A DNA stretch of 64,000 nucleotides from an uncultured Spirochaetota bacterium (GCA_963768055.1 CAVYGN010000002.1:896001-960000), one strand, 5' to 3'; numbered from the stretch's first letter, positions 1 to 9,596 are shown. The notes: generated by a model from the letters alone, not told the origin. Made by a program: numbers and translations.

Positions 1-230
1 TTATTGTAATAAATTGAAATATCGGGATGATGATCTTCATTAATAGCTAAATCGGCAACACAATTTACAAACTGTATTGCCCGGTCAAAGTCTCTCAGTT
101 CGAATTGGCGTGAAAGGACGCCGTTCTTTAATTCCCACCCTTCTATTTCTTTCAATAACTTTTCCGCTTCCGCTGTGGAAAGGGGAGGGGTTTCTTTATC
201 AAGTCTTGTACATTTTAAATCGCTCAGCAT
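1..230 (-). CDS. Pterin-4a-carbinolamine dehydratase (runs off the window edge)
   Basis: Manual translation MLSDLKCTRLDKETPPLSTAEAEKLLKEIEGWELKNGVLSRQFELRDFDRAIQFVNCVADLAINEDHHPDISIYYN has the HHPDI motif; GGAGA RBS. Not in the ORF track. Confidence 0.85.
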   Translation of the reverse strand, partial: MLSDLKCTRLDKETPPLSTAEAEKLLKEIEGWELKNGVLSRQFELRDFDRAIQFVNCVADLAINEDHHPDISIYYN

Positions 231-239
231 TATTTTCTC

Positions 240-1448
240 CTAAAAAACAATAGCGTTCTTAAGCTCTCCCTTGTTCAATTTTTCCTGTTTTTTTATAATT
301 TCCCTCGCTTCGTCAATTTTTTCCCATACATTACAGAGCATTACGCCCTTCACCCTGCCTTCTTTTAAATAATAAGTTATGCCGGTAACGTATTCCTTTT
401 TCCAGAAAGAGGCGGTTTCAAGCCTCGGATCGAGCTCTCCGGCCGCTTCGTATCCGAATTCGAACAGATCGGAAAAGAAATATGGCATGTGTTCATAGGG
501 TGTTTTTTCACCGGCCATGTTTTTACCGGCGGTTTTACCCTGCCATATAGAATTGTCCCAATGCTCAACCCGGGTCCGTTCTCCCAGCGCCTTTAAAATA
601 AAATTGGTGTTATCGCCGGCTGAATATATATCAGGGTCTTTAGTCTGCAGGAATTCGTTCACAATTATTCCATTATTAACTTCGAGGCCGGCTTTTTCAG
701 CGAGGATGGAATTCGGCATGATGCCTATGCCTGCAATGATGAAATCAGTGTCAATCTCCCTGCCGTTCTTTGTCCTTGTAAATATTCCTCCCTTCCTTTT
801 CTCGATTGAAGCCGGTAGGTCGCCGTTTAAGATTTTGATGCCGCGTTCAATATAATTTTTTTGTATCGATCTGCCGAGCCCTTCTGTAAAAACCCTGTAT
901 GCAAGATAGTCTTCGGGAAATATCATGGTGACGTCGACTTTATTTTTATTCAGGGCGGCGGCGAGTTCGGAACCAATAAAGCCGCCTCCTATTATAAGCG
1001 CTTTGCATCCCTCGCCGGCGAAACTTCGGATGTTTTTATAATCGTTAAGGGTCCTGAAATAACAAATCTCCTCCATCCTGCCGCCTGGAATATCCATCCT
1101 TCGCGGAGTTCCCCCTGTTGCCAGAAGCAGTTTTGAAAACCTGATCGAACGGCCGTCATCCAGAACAACGGATTTTTCGGCAGGTTTGACTTCCAGGGCT
1201 GAATTACCAAGGGATAAGTCCACACCCTTGTCTTTATAAAAAGAGTCATCGTGAAGAAATATTTCTTCGACTTTCTTTGTGCCGAACCAGAGCTTTTTTG
1301 TCAGCGGAGGCCTGTCATAGGGCATATTTTTCTCATCGCCGGCAAGAAGGATTTCACCCTTTGGGTCTATTTCCCTTATCCCCTCGACTGCCGACACGCC
1401 GGCAAGACCGCTGCCGATAATAACATATTTATAACTGTTTTCAGGCAT
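240..1448 (-). CDS. FAD/NAD(P)-dependent oxidoreductase, ferredoxin reductase-like
   Basis: GSGLAG FAD motif, YDRPPLTK, LATGG, GGGFIGSE NAD motif, AGD, RVEHW, PYFFSD. Confidence 0.9.
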   Translation of the reverse strand: MPENSYKYVIIGSGLAGVSAVEGIREIDPKGEILLAGDEKNMPYDRPPLTKKLWFGTKKVEEIFLHDDSFYKDKGVDLSLGNSALEVKPAEKSVVLDDGRSIRFSKLLLATGGTPRRMDIPGGRMEEICYFRTLNDYKNIRSFAGEGCKALIIGGGFIGSELAAALNKNKVDVTMIFPEDYLAYRVFTEGLGRSIQKNYIERGIKILNGDLPASIEKRKGGIFTRTKNGREIDTDFIIAGIGIMPNSILAEKAGLEVNNGIIVNEFLQTKDPDIYSAGDNTNFILKALGERTRVEHWDNSIWQGKTAGKNMAGEKTPYEHMPYFFSDLFEFGYEAAGELDPRLETASFWKKEYVTGITYYLKEGRVKGVMLCNVWEKIDEAREIIKKQEKLNKGELKNAIVF

Positions 1449-1582
1449 AAAACCCTCCGTTATCGTCTCTTTAATAATTTAAGCAATTTGCTAAAAAAAG
1501 AAAAGCCTGAAAGGGAAAGAATCGGGAATAACAGCCGGTCTTTTTTGATTTTTAGGACTTTCTTTTATAAAATTAATATAAA

Positions 1583-1684
1583 TGTCATTTCGAGGATAAC
1601 AGCCCCTAAAGGGGCTGTATGACGAGAAATCTTGCCCCGTAGAGGATAAACCCATACAAGATAAACGCAGCGCTCGAAATGACA
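1583..1684. repeat. REP-like palindromic element, family B copy 1
   Basis: Perfect 12-bp terminal IR TGTCATTTCGAG...CTCGAAATGACA; internal hairpin ACAGCCCC-TAAA-GGGGCTGT; CGAGAAATCTT motif shared with 28631. Confidence 0.8.
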
Positions 1685-1713
1685 GTCGGATCAATTGAGG
1701 AGTACAGTATCAA

Positions 1714-2190
1714 ATGAGGAAAATAATCAACCCGTTTACCGGAATATCCGGATACAACTGCTTCGGCTGTTCGCCTTTTAACGAACATGGGATGAAAATG
1801 GAATTCTTCGAGGACGGCGACGAGGTTGCCGCCGTATGGGACCCTAGCGATCATTTCCAGGGATATGGGAAAATCCTTCATGGAGGAATCCAGGCAACCC
1901 TCATGGACGAGCTAGCAAGCTGGTATATATATGTTAAGATGAATACGGCCGGAGTTACAGCCGGTATTGACGTAAAATATGTCAAGCCCGTTCGTACCGA
2001 CAAGGGTCCGATCGAGATCCGTTCGATATTGAAAGAAACCCGGAAAAATATAATGCTTATATCGACCGAATTGAAAGATAATTCGGGAATTTTATGCGCA
2101 AAAGCGGTAGTATCGTATTATACTTACCCTGAAAAGATCGCGAGGGCAAAGTTGCATTATCCCGGAAGGGATGCATTTTTTGAAAAATAA
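1714..2190 (+). CDS. PaaI/hotdog-fold thioesterase
   Basis: CFGC..N..G, HGGIQATLMDE, VKYVKPV. Confidence 0.9.
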   Translation: MRKIINPFTGISGYNCFGCSPFNEHGMKMEFFEDGDEVAAVWDPSDHFQGYGKILHGGIQATLMDELASWYIYVKMNTAGVTAGIDVKYVKPVRTDKGPIEIRSILKETRKNIMLISTELKDNSGILCAKAVVSYYTYPEKIARAKLHYPGRDAFFEK

Positions 2191-2204
2191 TAAGGAGGAC
2201 TTTT

Positions 2205-2504
2205 ATGCCTGGAAACCCTCTTGAAACTATCACTTCCATTGACCCCGAATTCATGGATTTTATAAAGGGTTCGGAAAAGCTCGTCTATGGCGACGGCGCT
2301 CTCCCAAGGAAGATTAAACTATTGATAGCCCTGGCGTTCGATGCTGCCAATGGCGCTGAGGAGGGGGTGAAATCCCTGGCGAATGCCGCCCTGAAAGCCG
2401 GTTCAAGTAAGATGGAAATCGCCGAAGCGCTGAGGGTTGCTTACCATCTTTCAGGAGTCGGAAGCATTTATACGGCTTCCAGAGGCCTTAACGGCGTTTT
2501 TTAA
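2205..2504 (+). CDS. Carboxymuconolactone decarboxylase (CMD/AhpD-like) family protein lacking CxxC
   Basis: GALPRKIKLLIALA...ALKAGSSKMEIAEAL; AAGGAGG RBS. Confidence 0.85.
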   Translation: MPGNPLETITSIDPEFMDFIKGSEKLVYGDGALPRKIKLLIALAFDAANGAEEGVKSLANAALKAGSSKMEIAEALRVAYHLSGVGSIYTASRGLNGVF

Positions 2505-2509
2505 TAAGG

Positions 2510-2525
2510 GTTATTAGAAGCGCCC
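2510..2525. repeat. Isolated end fragment of family A element
   Basis: GTTATTAGAAGCGCCC matches 4982-4997 (GTTATTAGAAGTGCCC) at 15/16; lies just after a stop codon. Confidence 0.55.
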
Positions 2526-2593
2526 GAATTGTAATACACTTAAATTTTATTCCATTTTTTTTTCAATGATGCTATAATTCAAACTGAAATCAA

Positions 2594-3262
2594 ATGGGAT
2601 CAATTATGGATATTTTTACTATCGTTATAAACGGTTTTTCAAACCTTGAAAGCAGCATGGATATTCTCATTTTTAATCATGGCGTTTTAACTTATTTATT
2701 TCTATTCCTGTTCATATTTTGCCAGACAGCATTCATCTTCCTGTCGTTTCTCCCCGGGGATTCGATTCTCTTCGCCACTGGAGCACTGGCAGCTACCGGT
2801 TCCTTCGAATGGTATATTCTCATCCCTATTCTTATTATAGCGGCTTTCCTGGGAAACATCTGTGATTACTGGATAGGCTATTTCATTGAAGAAAGGGCGT
2901 TCCATGAGAAAAAAAAAGGAATATTCAATATCAATAATCTAATAAAAGCCCATAAATTTTATGAAAAATACGGTTCTATCACAATTATATTCTCACAGTT
3001 CATTGTTTTTATCAGGGCTTTCGCACCGTTCATAGCCGGTATCGCAAGGATGAATTTCAGGAAATTTTTAATTTTTAATATTACGGGCGCAATACTCTGG
3101 GTCTCGTCTTTTGTTACAATGGGAATGCTTTTAGGGGAAATACCTTTCTTAAAGGATAATCTATTGTTATCCATCACTATATTTTTTATTTTTTCCATCA
3201 TTTTCCTGCCTTTATTGGTAATCATTATTAAAAAATTCGGAAAGGTTGAAAAAGCAGGATAA
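2594..3262 (+). CDS. DedA/VTT family membrane protein
   Basis: FLPGDSILFATG, FYEKYG, RAFAPFIAG, FNITGAILW. Confidence 0.9.
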   Translation: MGSIMDIFTIVINGFSNLESSMDILIFNHGVLTYLFLFLFIFCQTAFIFLSFLPGDSILFATGALAATGSFEWYILIPILIIAAFLGNICDYWIGYFIEERAFHEKKKGIFNINNLIKAHKFYEKYGSITIIFSQFIVFIRAFAPFIAGIARMNFRKFLIFNITGAILWVSSFVTMGMLLGEIPFLKDNLLLSITIFFIFSIIFLPLLVIIIKKFGKVEKAG

Positions 3263-3341
3263 ACTCAGAAAGTGAAATACTCAAGGTTTTGGGATATCAG
3301 GTCAGGTTGAAAATTGTCAAATAAACAGCCTGGAGTGTTTT

Positions 3342-4466
3342 ATGAATAACAGCAGGGATATTAAGAGATACCAAGATAATTTACGCTCCGAAAAAGACGC
3401 CATTGCCCTTTATACACAGCTTGCCGATTCGGAGAAGACCCCTGAACTTAAAAAGATCTATTTAAAGCTTTCCGATACTGAAAAAAAGCATGCCCTTTTC
3501 TGGGAAGAAAAACTAAAGGCCTTGGGCGGCAAAGTTCCCTTATTCAAGCAAACCATAAAGACAAGGTTCTATGGATGGATTGCCCGAAAGATCGGGCCTT
3601 CAGCGGTTCTGCCGGCTCTCGCATCTATTGAAAAATCAGCGGCCTCAGGATATGACGGCCAGCCTGAAGCGGATGGGACCCGCATGCCCTCCGATGAAAG
3701 GTCCCATGCGAGGGTTTTCAAGTATCTATCAAATACTGCAGGCGGGGTAAAGGGCAGCGACCTGGCTAAATTCGAGGGGAGGCACCGTACCGGGGGAGGA
3801 AACGCTTTAAGGGCCGCAGTGCTGGGCGCAAACGACGGGCTTGTATCGATCTTCTGCCTTGTCATGGGAGTAGCCGGTGCGGGGATAGAAACCCGGTACA
3901 TACTTTTGACCGGATTATCAGGACTGCTGGCCGGGTCCCTTTCAATGGCGCTTGGCGAATGGCTCTCCGTTCAGAATTCCAGGGAATTTTATGAAAACCA
4001 GATCGGAATAGAAAGAGCCGAACTGGAAGAAGCCCCTGAAGAGGAAATTGAAGAACTCGCGCTTATTTACCAGGCGAAGGGCATCGAAGAAAAAGCCGCA
4101 AAGGAGCTTGCCGGCCGCATGTTCGTGGATCCTAAAGCCATGCTCGACACCCTTTCAAGGGAGGAACTCGGGATCAACCCGGAGGAATTGGGCGGTTCTC
4201 CTCTTTCAGCGGCAGTAACTTCTTTCCTTCTTTTCGCAGCCGGCGGCATCCTGCCGGTAATACCTTACCTGTTCCTTGCCGGCTTTCGAGGCATAATCGC
4301 AAGCGCAATTTTGAGCGCGGCGGGCCTCTTCACTATAGGCGGGCTTACAACATTTATGACTGGAAAACCCCTGCTGGCGGCCGGCCTTAGGCAGGTCCTG
4401 GTCGGCCTTGCAACAGCGGCGGTGACATTCGCCGCAGGGAGCCTTATAGGCGGAAATTTGAGGTAA
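3342..4466 (+). CDS. Rubrerythrin/ferritin-like + VIT1/CCC1 fusion (MbfA-like iron transporter)
   Basis: N-terminal E..Y, EKKH, DERSH di-iron motifs; LRAAVLGANDGLVS and SMALGEWLS VIT1 motifs. Confidence 0.9.
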   Translation: MNNSRDIKRYQDNLRSEKDAIALYTQLADSEKTPELKKIYLKLSDTEKKHALFWEEKLKALGGKVPLFKQTIKTRFYGWIARKIGPSAVLPALASIEKSAASGYDGQPEADGTRMPSDERSHARVFKYLSNTAGGVKGSDLAKFEGRHRTGGGNALRAAVLGANDGLVSIFCLVMGVAGAGIETRYILLTGLSGLLAGSLSMALGEWLSVQNSREFYENQIGIERAELEEAPEEEIEELALIYQAKGIEEKAAKELAGRMFVDPKAMLDTLSREELGINPEELGGSPLSAAVTSFLLFAAGGILPVIPYLFLAGFRGIIASAILSAAGLFTIGGLTTFMTGKPLLAAGLRQVLVGLATAAVTFAAGSLIGGNLR

Positions 4467-4484
4467 AAACCACCCTCTCCCGGT

Positions 4485-4829
4485 TTATTGCGACTTTATC
4501 ATCTTATCCCAGGTTACGTCGCTTTTTATTTCCATACCGGTAAATGCTGATTGGAAATACTTTAAAAGCAAGTCTTCAAATTGAGAATGATATATTTCGT
4601 AAGTATCTTTATAATTATCGCCAGTGCATATGCCTGTAAATCCGAATATCAGGCAATCCGGGAAATTGCAGTAATAAGCGGTAAAATAGCCCCGGCTTTT
4701 CCACTCCCCCGGTTTATATATAAAATGCTCATTTTCATAATCCCATTCTATAACACGGCTTTCGGATATTTTATTGATAATGAACTTTAATAAGGTCTCA
4801 GGCCTTTTTGTATGAATAAAAATAGCCAT
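4485..4829 (-). CDS. Hypothetical protein
   Basis: 114-aa ORF, AAGGGGG RBS, globular composition. Confidence 0.7.
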   Translation of the reverse strand: MAIFIHTKRPETLLKFIINKISESRVIEWDYENEHFIYKPGEWKSRGYFTAYYCNFPDCLIFGFTGICTGDNYKDTYEIYHSQFEDLLLKYFQSAFTGMEIKSDVTWDKMIKSQ

Positions 4830-4886
4830 AAACCCCCCTTACCAATATCCTATCGGAATTGCAGCTATAATAAAGATGTGCTTTAA

Positions 4887-4997
4887 GGGCGGTTCCAAAA
4901 ACTAGATTTTCGGAAAACAATCGTAATAATGAATCTAATAATTCCGCCCAATGGGCACCACCTTGCTGCCCCAAAGGGGCAGTTATTAGAAGTGCCC
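4887..4997 (-). repeat. Structured MITE/REP-like element, family A copy 1
   Basis: Reverse complement shares blocks AGGGCACTTCTAA, GCAAGGT(G/A)GTGCCCATTGGGCGG and AGTTTTTGGAACCGCCCTT with the copy at 61716-61850. Confidence 0.85.
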
Positions 4998-5001
4998 TAA
5001 A

Positions 5002-5469
5002 CTAAAACAAAAATTCCATTACATTTTCTTTTCGTTTAAACCCGAGCTTTTCATAAAGCATGACGCCCTCTCCGACAGCATGGAGCCAGACCCTCATACA
5101 GGGAACCTTGCTTGCTTCATCCATTATGATGTGGGTAATAATAGTTGCCAGGCCTTGCCGGCGGTATTCCGGAAGGGTATAAATATTGAATATATAAGCG
5201 TCGATCCCAGTTTCTTTAATCGACAGGGGCGGGTGTTTGAATATTAAAAAAGCCCCGGTTGAAACAATTTTATCATCCTTTTCAATGAACCATATTAAGG
5301 CCTCTTTAGAAGCCATGTTACGCAGGAAGAAGTCCCTGGATTTTTTCGCAAGAATTTCAGCCTCTTTTTCATTTCCTATAGTTCCCAGTTCCTGTAAAAA
5401 ATCAACCCTGAGCTTTGTGATAATATCTATATCGTCCAGTACCGCTTGCCTGACTTTGAATTTATCCAT
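5002..5469 (-). CDS. GNAT acetyltransferase
   Basis: NIYTLPEYRRQGLA acetyl-CoA motif, LYEKLGF; start moved to the ATG with GGAGA RBS. Confidence 0.9.
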   Translation of the reverse strand: MDKFKVRQAVLDDIDIITKLRVDFLQELGTIGNEKEAEILAKKSRDFFLRNMASKEALIWFIEKDDKIVSTGAFLIFKHPPLSIKETGIDAYIFNIYTLPEYRRQGLATIITHIIMDEASKVPCMRVWLHAVGEGVMLYEKLGFKRKENVMEFLF

Positions 5470-6331
5470 GGATTTCTCCAAAAAATTCATATTCGTAGCT
5501 GTTTGTGTAAGAGTTCATAGGATTGGTGTTGTCATGCAGTACAAGTTTTTGAAGAAGGCCGTCGTCATTGTAATAGTAATTAATTTTTACAGTTGCCGTT
5601 TTATGGAGGCTCAGCTGTTCGCTCCTTTCCTGGTAGATCATGAGATTTTGAGAGTTGAATTTCTGTATAATGAGGTTTCCTTCGCTGTTAATTACTTCCT
5701 CTCTGGTGCCGTCTTCATCGTTATATTTTATTTCAGCATTATCTTCCACTGAACTTATATCATCGGAAATGACTTTAATAAGGCGTCCCTTCTCATCGTA
5801 TTTATTCTCCGTGGATAGTTTAAGTCCCTTCTTTTCTATATCTTTACGTATCAATTTGCCTTTATCGTCATATGAATAGACAGTTGATTCGATATTATTA
5901 TTTTCACTGCTCTCAATACGGGTTCCGGCTAATTGACCATTTTCGTTGTAATCGAAATATACGGCTTCGAAGGGTTTAGTTGAATCTTCATCGTCGAATT
6001 TTTCGATAGAAACGGTTCTATCCTGTTTATTGAATGTTGTAACTGTTTTATTATTTCCGCCGTCTAAAAAAAATTCCCTGTCGGTCTTTTTTGAGCCCCC
6101 ATACTCGGTTTTTACCATTGTTTTGATATTTTCGACAGGATACGAGTCTTCCCTGGCAATTGTGCGGCCCTTTTCGTCATATTTGATAATCTGTTCATGG
6201 ATTACGGAACCTTCGATGTCGAAATCCGTGATGGTTCTTTCTTTTATATCATCCGACAATTTATCAAGAGAAAGAAGGTATGAATCGCCCCGGCCGAATG
6301 AACGCCGGGTAGTGATCTTTTTAATGTCCAT
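5462..6331 (-). CDS. Hypothetical protein with YD-like (RHS-type) beta-hairpin repeats
   Basis: Recurrent YDEKGR, YNENGQL, YDDKGKL, YDEKGRL, YNDDGLL. Confidence 0.75.
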   Translation of the reverse strand: MDIKKITTRRSFGRGDSYLLSLDKLSDDIKERTITDFDIEGSVIHEQIIKYDEKGRTIAREDSYPVENIKTMVKTEYGGSKKTDREFFLDGGNNKTVTTFNKQDRTVSIEKFDDEDSTKPFEAVYFDYNENGQLAGTRIESSENNNIESTVYSYDDKGKLIRKDIEKKGLKLSTENKYDEKGRLIKVISDDISSVEDNAEIKYNDEDGTREEVINSEGNLIIQKFNSQNLMIYQERSEQLSLHKTATVKINYYYNDDGLLQKLVLHDNTNPMNSYTNSYEYEFFGEIHG

Positions 6332-6388
6332 ATTTATTAAAACCTCGTCATAGTCATATACCTGGAATGCTTATTCGCGGCGGTGTAT

Positions 6389-6709
6389 CTAATCTTTTTT
6401 TTCTCTCTTATCAGCCCTGAACGCGAATAGAAATGATACAAAACCGATACCAAGAAATAAAAACAATGTAAACAAATTTAAACCGAACTGATAATCGAGC
6501 AATGCCGGAATAATAAGCCCGACAAACAAGCTTATTATTGCAGCGATTGCGTTGCCTGTGCGCGTAGCCATATAAGAATTTTTGAACCTTTTAGGCAGTT
6601 TGTCGATACTAAAACTCATATATAAATGCATCATACAATTGACAAAAGAGCATCCCGATAAAAAATAGAGAAAACAGTAACCGGTTTTAATAATGATCTC
6701 GTTTGACAT
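6389..6709 (-). CDS. Small membrane protein (about 3 TM)
   Basis: Three hydrophobic segments, AAGGAG RBS, upstream promoter. Confidence 0.7.
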   Translation of the reverse strand: MSNEIIIKTGYCFLYFLSGCSFVNCMMHLYMSFSIDKLPKRFKNSYMATRTGNAIAAIISLFVGLIIPALLDYQFGLNLFTLFLFLGIGFVSFLFAFRADKREKKD

Positions 6710-6812
6710 TGTTATTACTCCTTTTTTAATAAATTTAATATCATTGAATTATGGACATATTCAATATCTGCGGGCATATCATATCGAGAACGGGTACTGG
6801 TGCCCATGCGCT

Positions 6813-6841
6813 ATTATAGCATTTATGATTTGCATTGGCAA
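6813..6841 (-). promoter_or_regulatory. Sigma70-type promoter
   Basis: TTGCCA-17bp-TATAAT on the minus strand. Confidence 0.6.
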
Positions 6842-6905
6842 AACTATTTTAATAAACCGTTTAATATCTCGACCGCATCTCTTAGGCATTACGGCCCCGC
6901 CGGTT

Positions 6906-7484
6906 TTAATATATGAACGGCAGCAGTCTTTTAGTCCTTTTCAAGTAATCCTTATATTCGTCTCCGAAATTATCTATCATCATCCTTTCTTCGATTCTGA
7001 TCCTGTATATATAGCTTACCAGGACTGATAGTGAAATAATGATTATACTGTAAATATTGCTTATAGAAATACCGGCGCCGATCAATAAAGAAATTACTCC
7101 AAGATAGCCCGGATTCCTGATGTACTTATATACGCCATGTGAGATGATTTTGTGATTTTTGGTTGTTCTCAATGTTTTTGTATAGAACCTTCCCAGGGTA
7201 AGGGCGGCGATTACTCTTTCCGATAATCCCGATACCATAATTAAAATTCCGATTAAATTAAAGGTTATAGAAAGATTGAAAGACCCGAATTTATAATAAT
7301 TCATAACCGGTGCTATAAAAACTAAAATGCAGGATATCACAAGCGCGAATGCGATAAAATTTGTGCTGCCTTTATCATAGGGGGTTTTCTCCATACTTTT
7401 TGCCTTAGGGCCTTTTCTTAACAATCTTTCAATAATAATAAAAGAAAAGATCAAGACGTCTGCGGTGATATAAATTATTATCAT
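6906..7484 (-). CDS. Isoprenylcysteine carboxyl methyltransferase (ICMT/Ste14) family membrane protein
   Basis: HKIISHGVYKYIRNPGYLG, RIRIEERMM..FGDEYKDY..RTKRLLPFIY. Confidence 0.9.
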   Translation of the reverse strand: MIIIYITADVLIFSFIIIERLLRKGPKAKSMEKTPYDKGSTNFIAFALVISCILVFIAPVMNYYKFGSFNLSITFNLIGILIMVSGLSERVIAALTLGRFYTKTLRTTKNHKIISHGVYKYIRNPGYLGVISLLIGAGISISNIYSIIIISLSVLVSYIYRIRIEERMMIDNFGDEYKDYLKRTKRLLPFIY

Positions 7485-7614
7485 ATAACTCACCCTCTTC
7501 AAGACAATCCCGCTTAACCTATAACAAACTTTGTATAAAAATGATATTTTACAATTCATATTCTAAAATATAAATAATTAAAAATCAAAAGGATCAGGGC
7601 GGGGGGTATTCGTT

Positions 7615-8178
7615 ATGAACGACTTAAACAAGTCATGGGATAATAGGGCTGAGTCCAGGACACAGATAAAACTTACAGCCTCCTGCGAGCAGAACGGCAG
7701 TATTACGGAGTGTGATATTATCGACATATCGCCTCAGGGGATAGGCATCAGGGTTAAATGTCTTCTCGTACCCGGCGACGAGGTAAAAATAATTCTTGGC
7801 GACAATACCCTGCCTGCCAGGGTTGTACGGTCAAACGGGAATATGGCCGGATTATGGTTCCATGACCTGGGAGATACACAATTGAATTATGTAAAGTGGC
7901 TTTGCAGGAAAAGCGGCGAAGTAAATGCAGTATCTCCCGAAACTATGAAGGCCAATTATAAGACAAAGGTATATGTATTAAAGGCTGTATCTGAGAAAGA
8001 CGCCGGATTATTGGGGTTATTTATTGCATCGCTGAGAAAAAACTGCAAGGGGTTCGTTAAGGCGGCACCCGTTCAAAATGGAGCATTTCATGTCGAAATT
8101 TATGACAGCCCTTCTTCAGTGTCGTCTTTCGAATCCCTCTTAATGTTCTGGAAAGCCGGCAATTTAATAGTAAAATAA
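7615..8178 (+). CDS. PilZ-domain protein with extra C-terminal domain
   Basis: RAESR (RxxxR) and DISPQG (DxSxxG) c-di-GMP motifs. Confidence 0.8.
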   Translation: MNDLNKSWDNRAESRTQIKLTASCEQNGSITECDIIDISPQGIGIRVKCLLVPGDEVKIILGDNTLPARVVRSNGNMAGLWFHDLGDTQLNYVKWLCRKSGEVNAVSPETMKANYKTKVYVLKAVSEKDAGLLGLFIASLRKNCKGFVKAAPVQNGAFHVEIYDSPSSVSSFESLLMFWKAGNLIVK

Positions 8179-8193
8179 TTACGGAGGAATATA

Positions 8194-8622
8194 ATGGTCT
8201 TTAAAGACTGCATCGACTTCTCGAATGAAACTATAATATGTTTTTTGGCGACCGCCGAGAAAGATCAGCCGAGAGTCAGGGCCCTTCAATTCTGGTTTGC
8301 GGATGAAACAGGTTTTTATTTTGAAACAGGTGACAATAAGCAGTTTTACCGGCAAATGAAGGAAAATCCTAAAACAGAGGTTTGTTTTTATAAGCCGGGG
8401 CCGAATTATACGACCGGCAGGATGCTCCGGATATCCGGCGAGGTCGAATTTATGAACGACAGGGCCCTTAAAGAAAAAGTGCTCCTTGACAGGCCCTTTT
8501 TAAAAAGTTTCGGTTTAAACGTCGACAGCCCGGGCCTGATAATATTCAGGATAGCGCATGGCCGGGCGCATTTCTGGACAATGGAAACGAATCTGAAACC
8601 GAAAGATTTTATTGATTTTTGA
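8194..8622 (+). CDS. Pyridoxamine 5'-phosphate oxidase-like FMN-binding protein
   Basis: FLATAEKDQPRVR, FYFET...K.FYRQMKENPKTEVCF, LRISG. Confidence 0.9.
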   Translation: MVFKDCIDFSNETIICFLATAEKDQPRVRALQFWFADETGFYFETGDNKQFYRQMKENPKTEVCFYKPGPNYTTGRMLRISGEVEFMNDRALKEKVLLDRPFLKSFGLNVDSPGLIIFRIAHGRAHFWTMETNLKPKDFIDF

Positions 8623-8646
8623 GAAATGGCAGTTGAATAACCACAG

Positions 8647-9342
8647 TCAAAACATTTCCTTGAATTTCTTTGCAAGTTCAGGGCCGGTCCCTTCATCCTC
8701 ATGCTTAAAAAAGACAAATGCCTTTTCCCAATCCTGGGCCTTGATGGCCTTTGCCCAAGACAAGAGATCAGGGTCTGAATATTTTTCGCGCCTCAGCCTG
8801 AGGTAACCCCAGTCCGCCGTTCTTATTATTTTCGGCGTTTCTTTTTCATCCATATCGCTGAAGCAGAATATAAAGTTCCTTTCCTTTAAAAGCCCGGCCG
8901 TATCGCCGTCATACCATGATTCGTCCCTGAACTCGAAGACAGCGGGAAGGCCCTCAGGCAGTATTTTCAGGAAATTAGAAAGACGTTCGATGTTTTTCTT
9001 AAACCAGGGCGGGAACTGGAAGAGTATAGCGCCAAGCTTTTTTTCCAATGCCTTCAGGTTTTCTAAAAGATAATTGGTCTCCTCTTCAGCGTTTGAAAGG
9101 AGTTTCCTGTGGGTTATTTTCTGAGATGCCTTTATGCTGAATAGAAAATGTTCAGGCGTCTCGGTTTTCCAGTGCAGAAGAAGCTCTCTTTTCGGCAGCC
9201 TGTAAAAAGTATTGTTTATTTCAACTATTCCAAGATTTTCCGCATAAAACTTGAGCATTTCTTCAGGCTTTATTTTTTCAGGGTAAAAATTTCCTATCCA
9301 TTCCTTGTAGCTGAACCCGCTTGTCCCGGTATATAATTTCAT
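8647..9342 (-). CDS. DUF72 (YecE-like) protein
   Basis: GTSGFSY.EW...FYP, VEINNTFY, LFQFPP, FEFR, YLRLR. Confidence 0.9.
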   Translation of the reverse strand: MKLYTGTSGFSYKEWIGNFYPEKIKPEEMLKFYAENLGIVEINNTFYRLPKRELLLHWKTETPEHFLFSIKASQKITHRKLLSNAEEETNYLLENLKALEKKLGAILFQFPPWFKKNIERLSNFLKILPEGLPAVFEFRDESWYDGDTAGLLKERNFIFCFSDMDEKETPKIIRTADWGYLRLRREKYSDPDLLSWAKAIKAQDWEKAFVFFKHEDEGTGPELAKKFKEMF

Positions 9343-9455
9343 AATTGCCCCCCTTAGTGATAGTTGTCAGGCATATTCTATATTTTAAATTTAGCCTTTT
9401 GGATGGTATAAATCAAATTATTGAAACTATCTGAAGGATTTTTGCAGGGAGAAAT

Positions 9456-9596
9456 GGAGGCACAGAGAGTTTAGAAGAAAAATTCATTAATTTATGATTC
9501 TATTCATATTGGAAAGCTGTAAATGGTTTAAAGGAATGGAATAATACAAATTAAGATTATTTTATAAAAAATCTCCGTGATTCTGTGCCTCCGTGT
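9456..9596. repeat. GGAGGCACAGA / TCTGTGCCTCC inverted repeat, family C
   Basis: 11-bp perfect IR at 9456-9466 and 9582-9592; related motifs at 10500-10510, 63278-63306 and 63951-63976. Confidence 0.65.
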
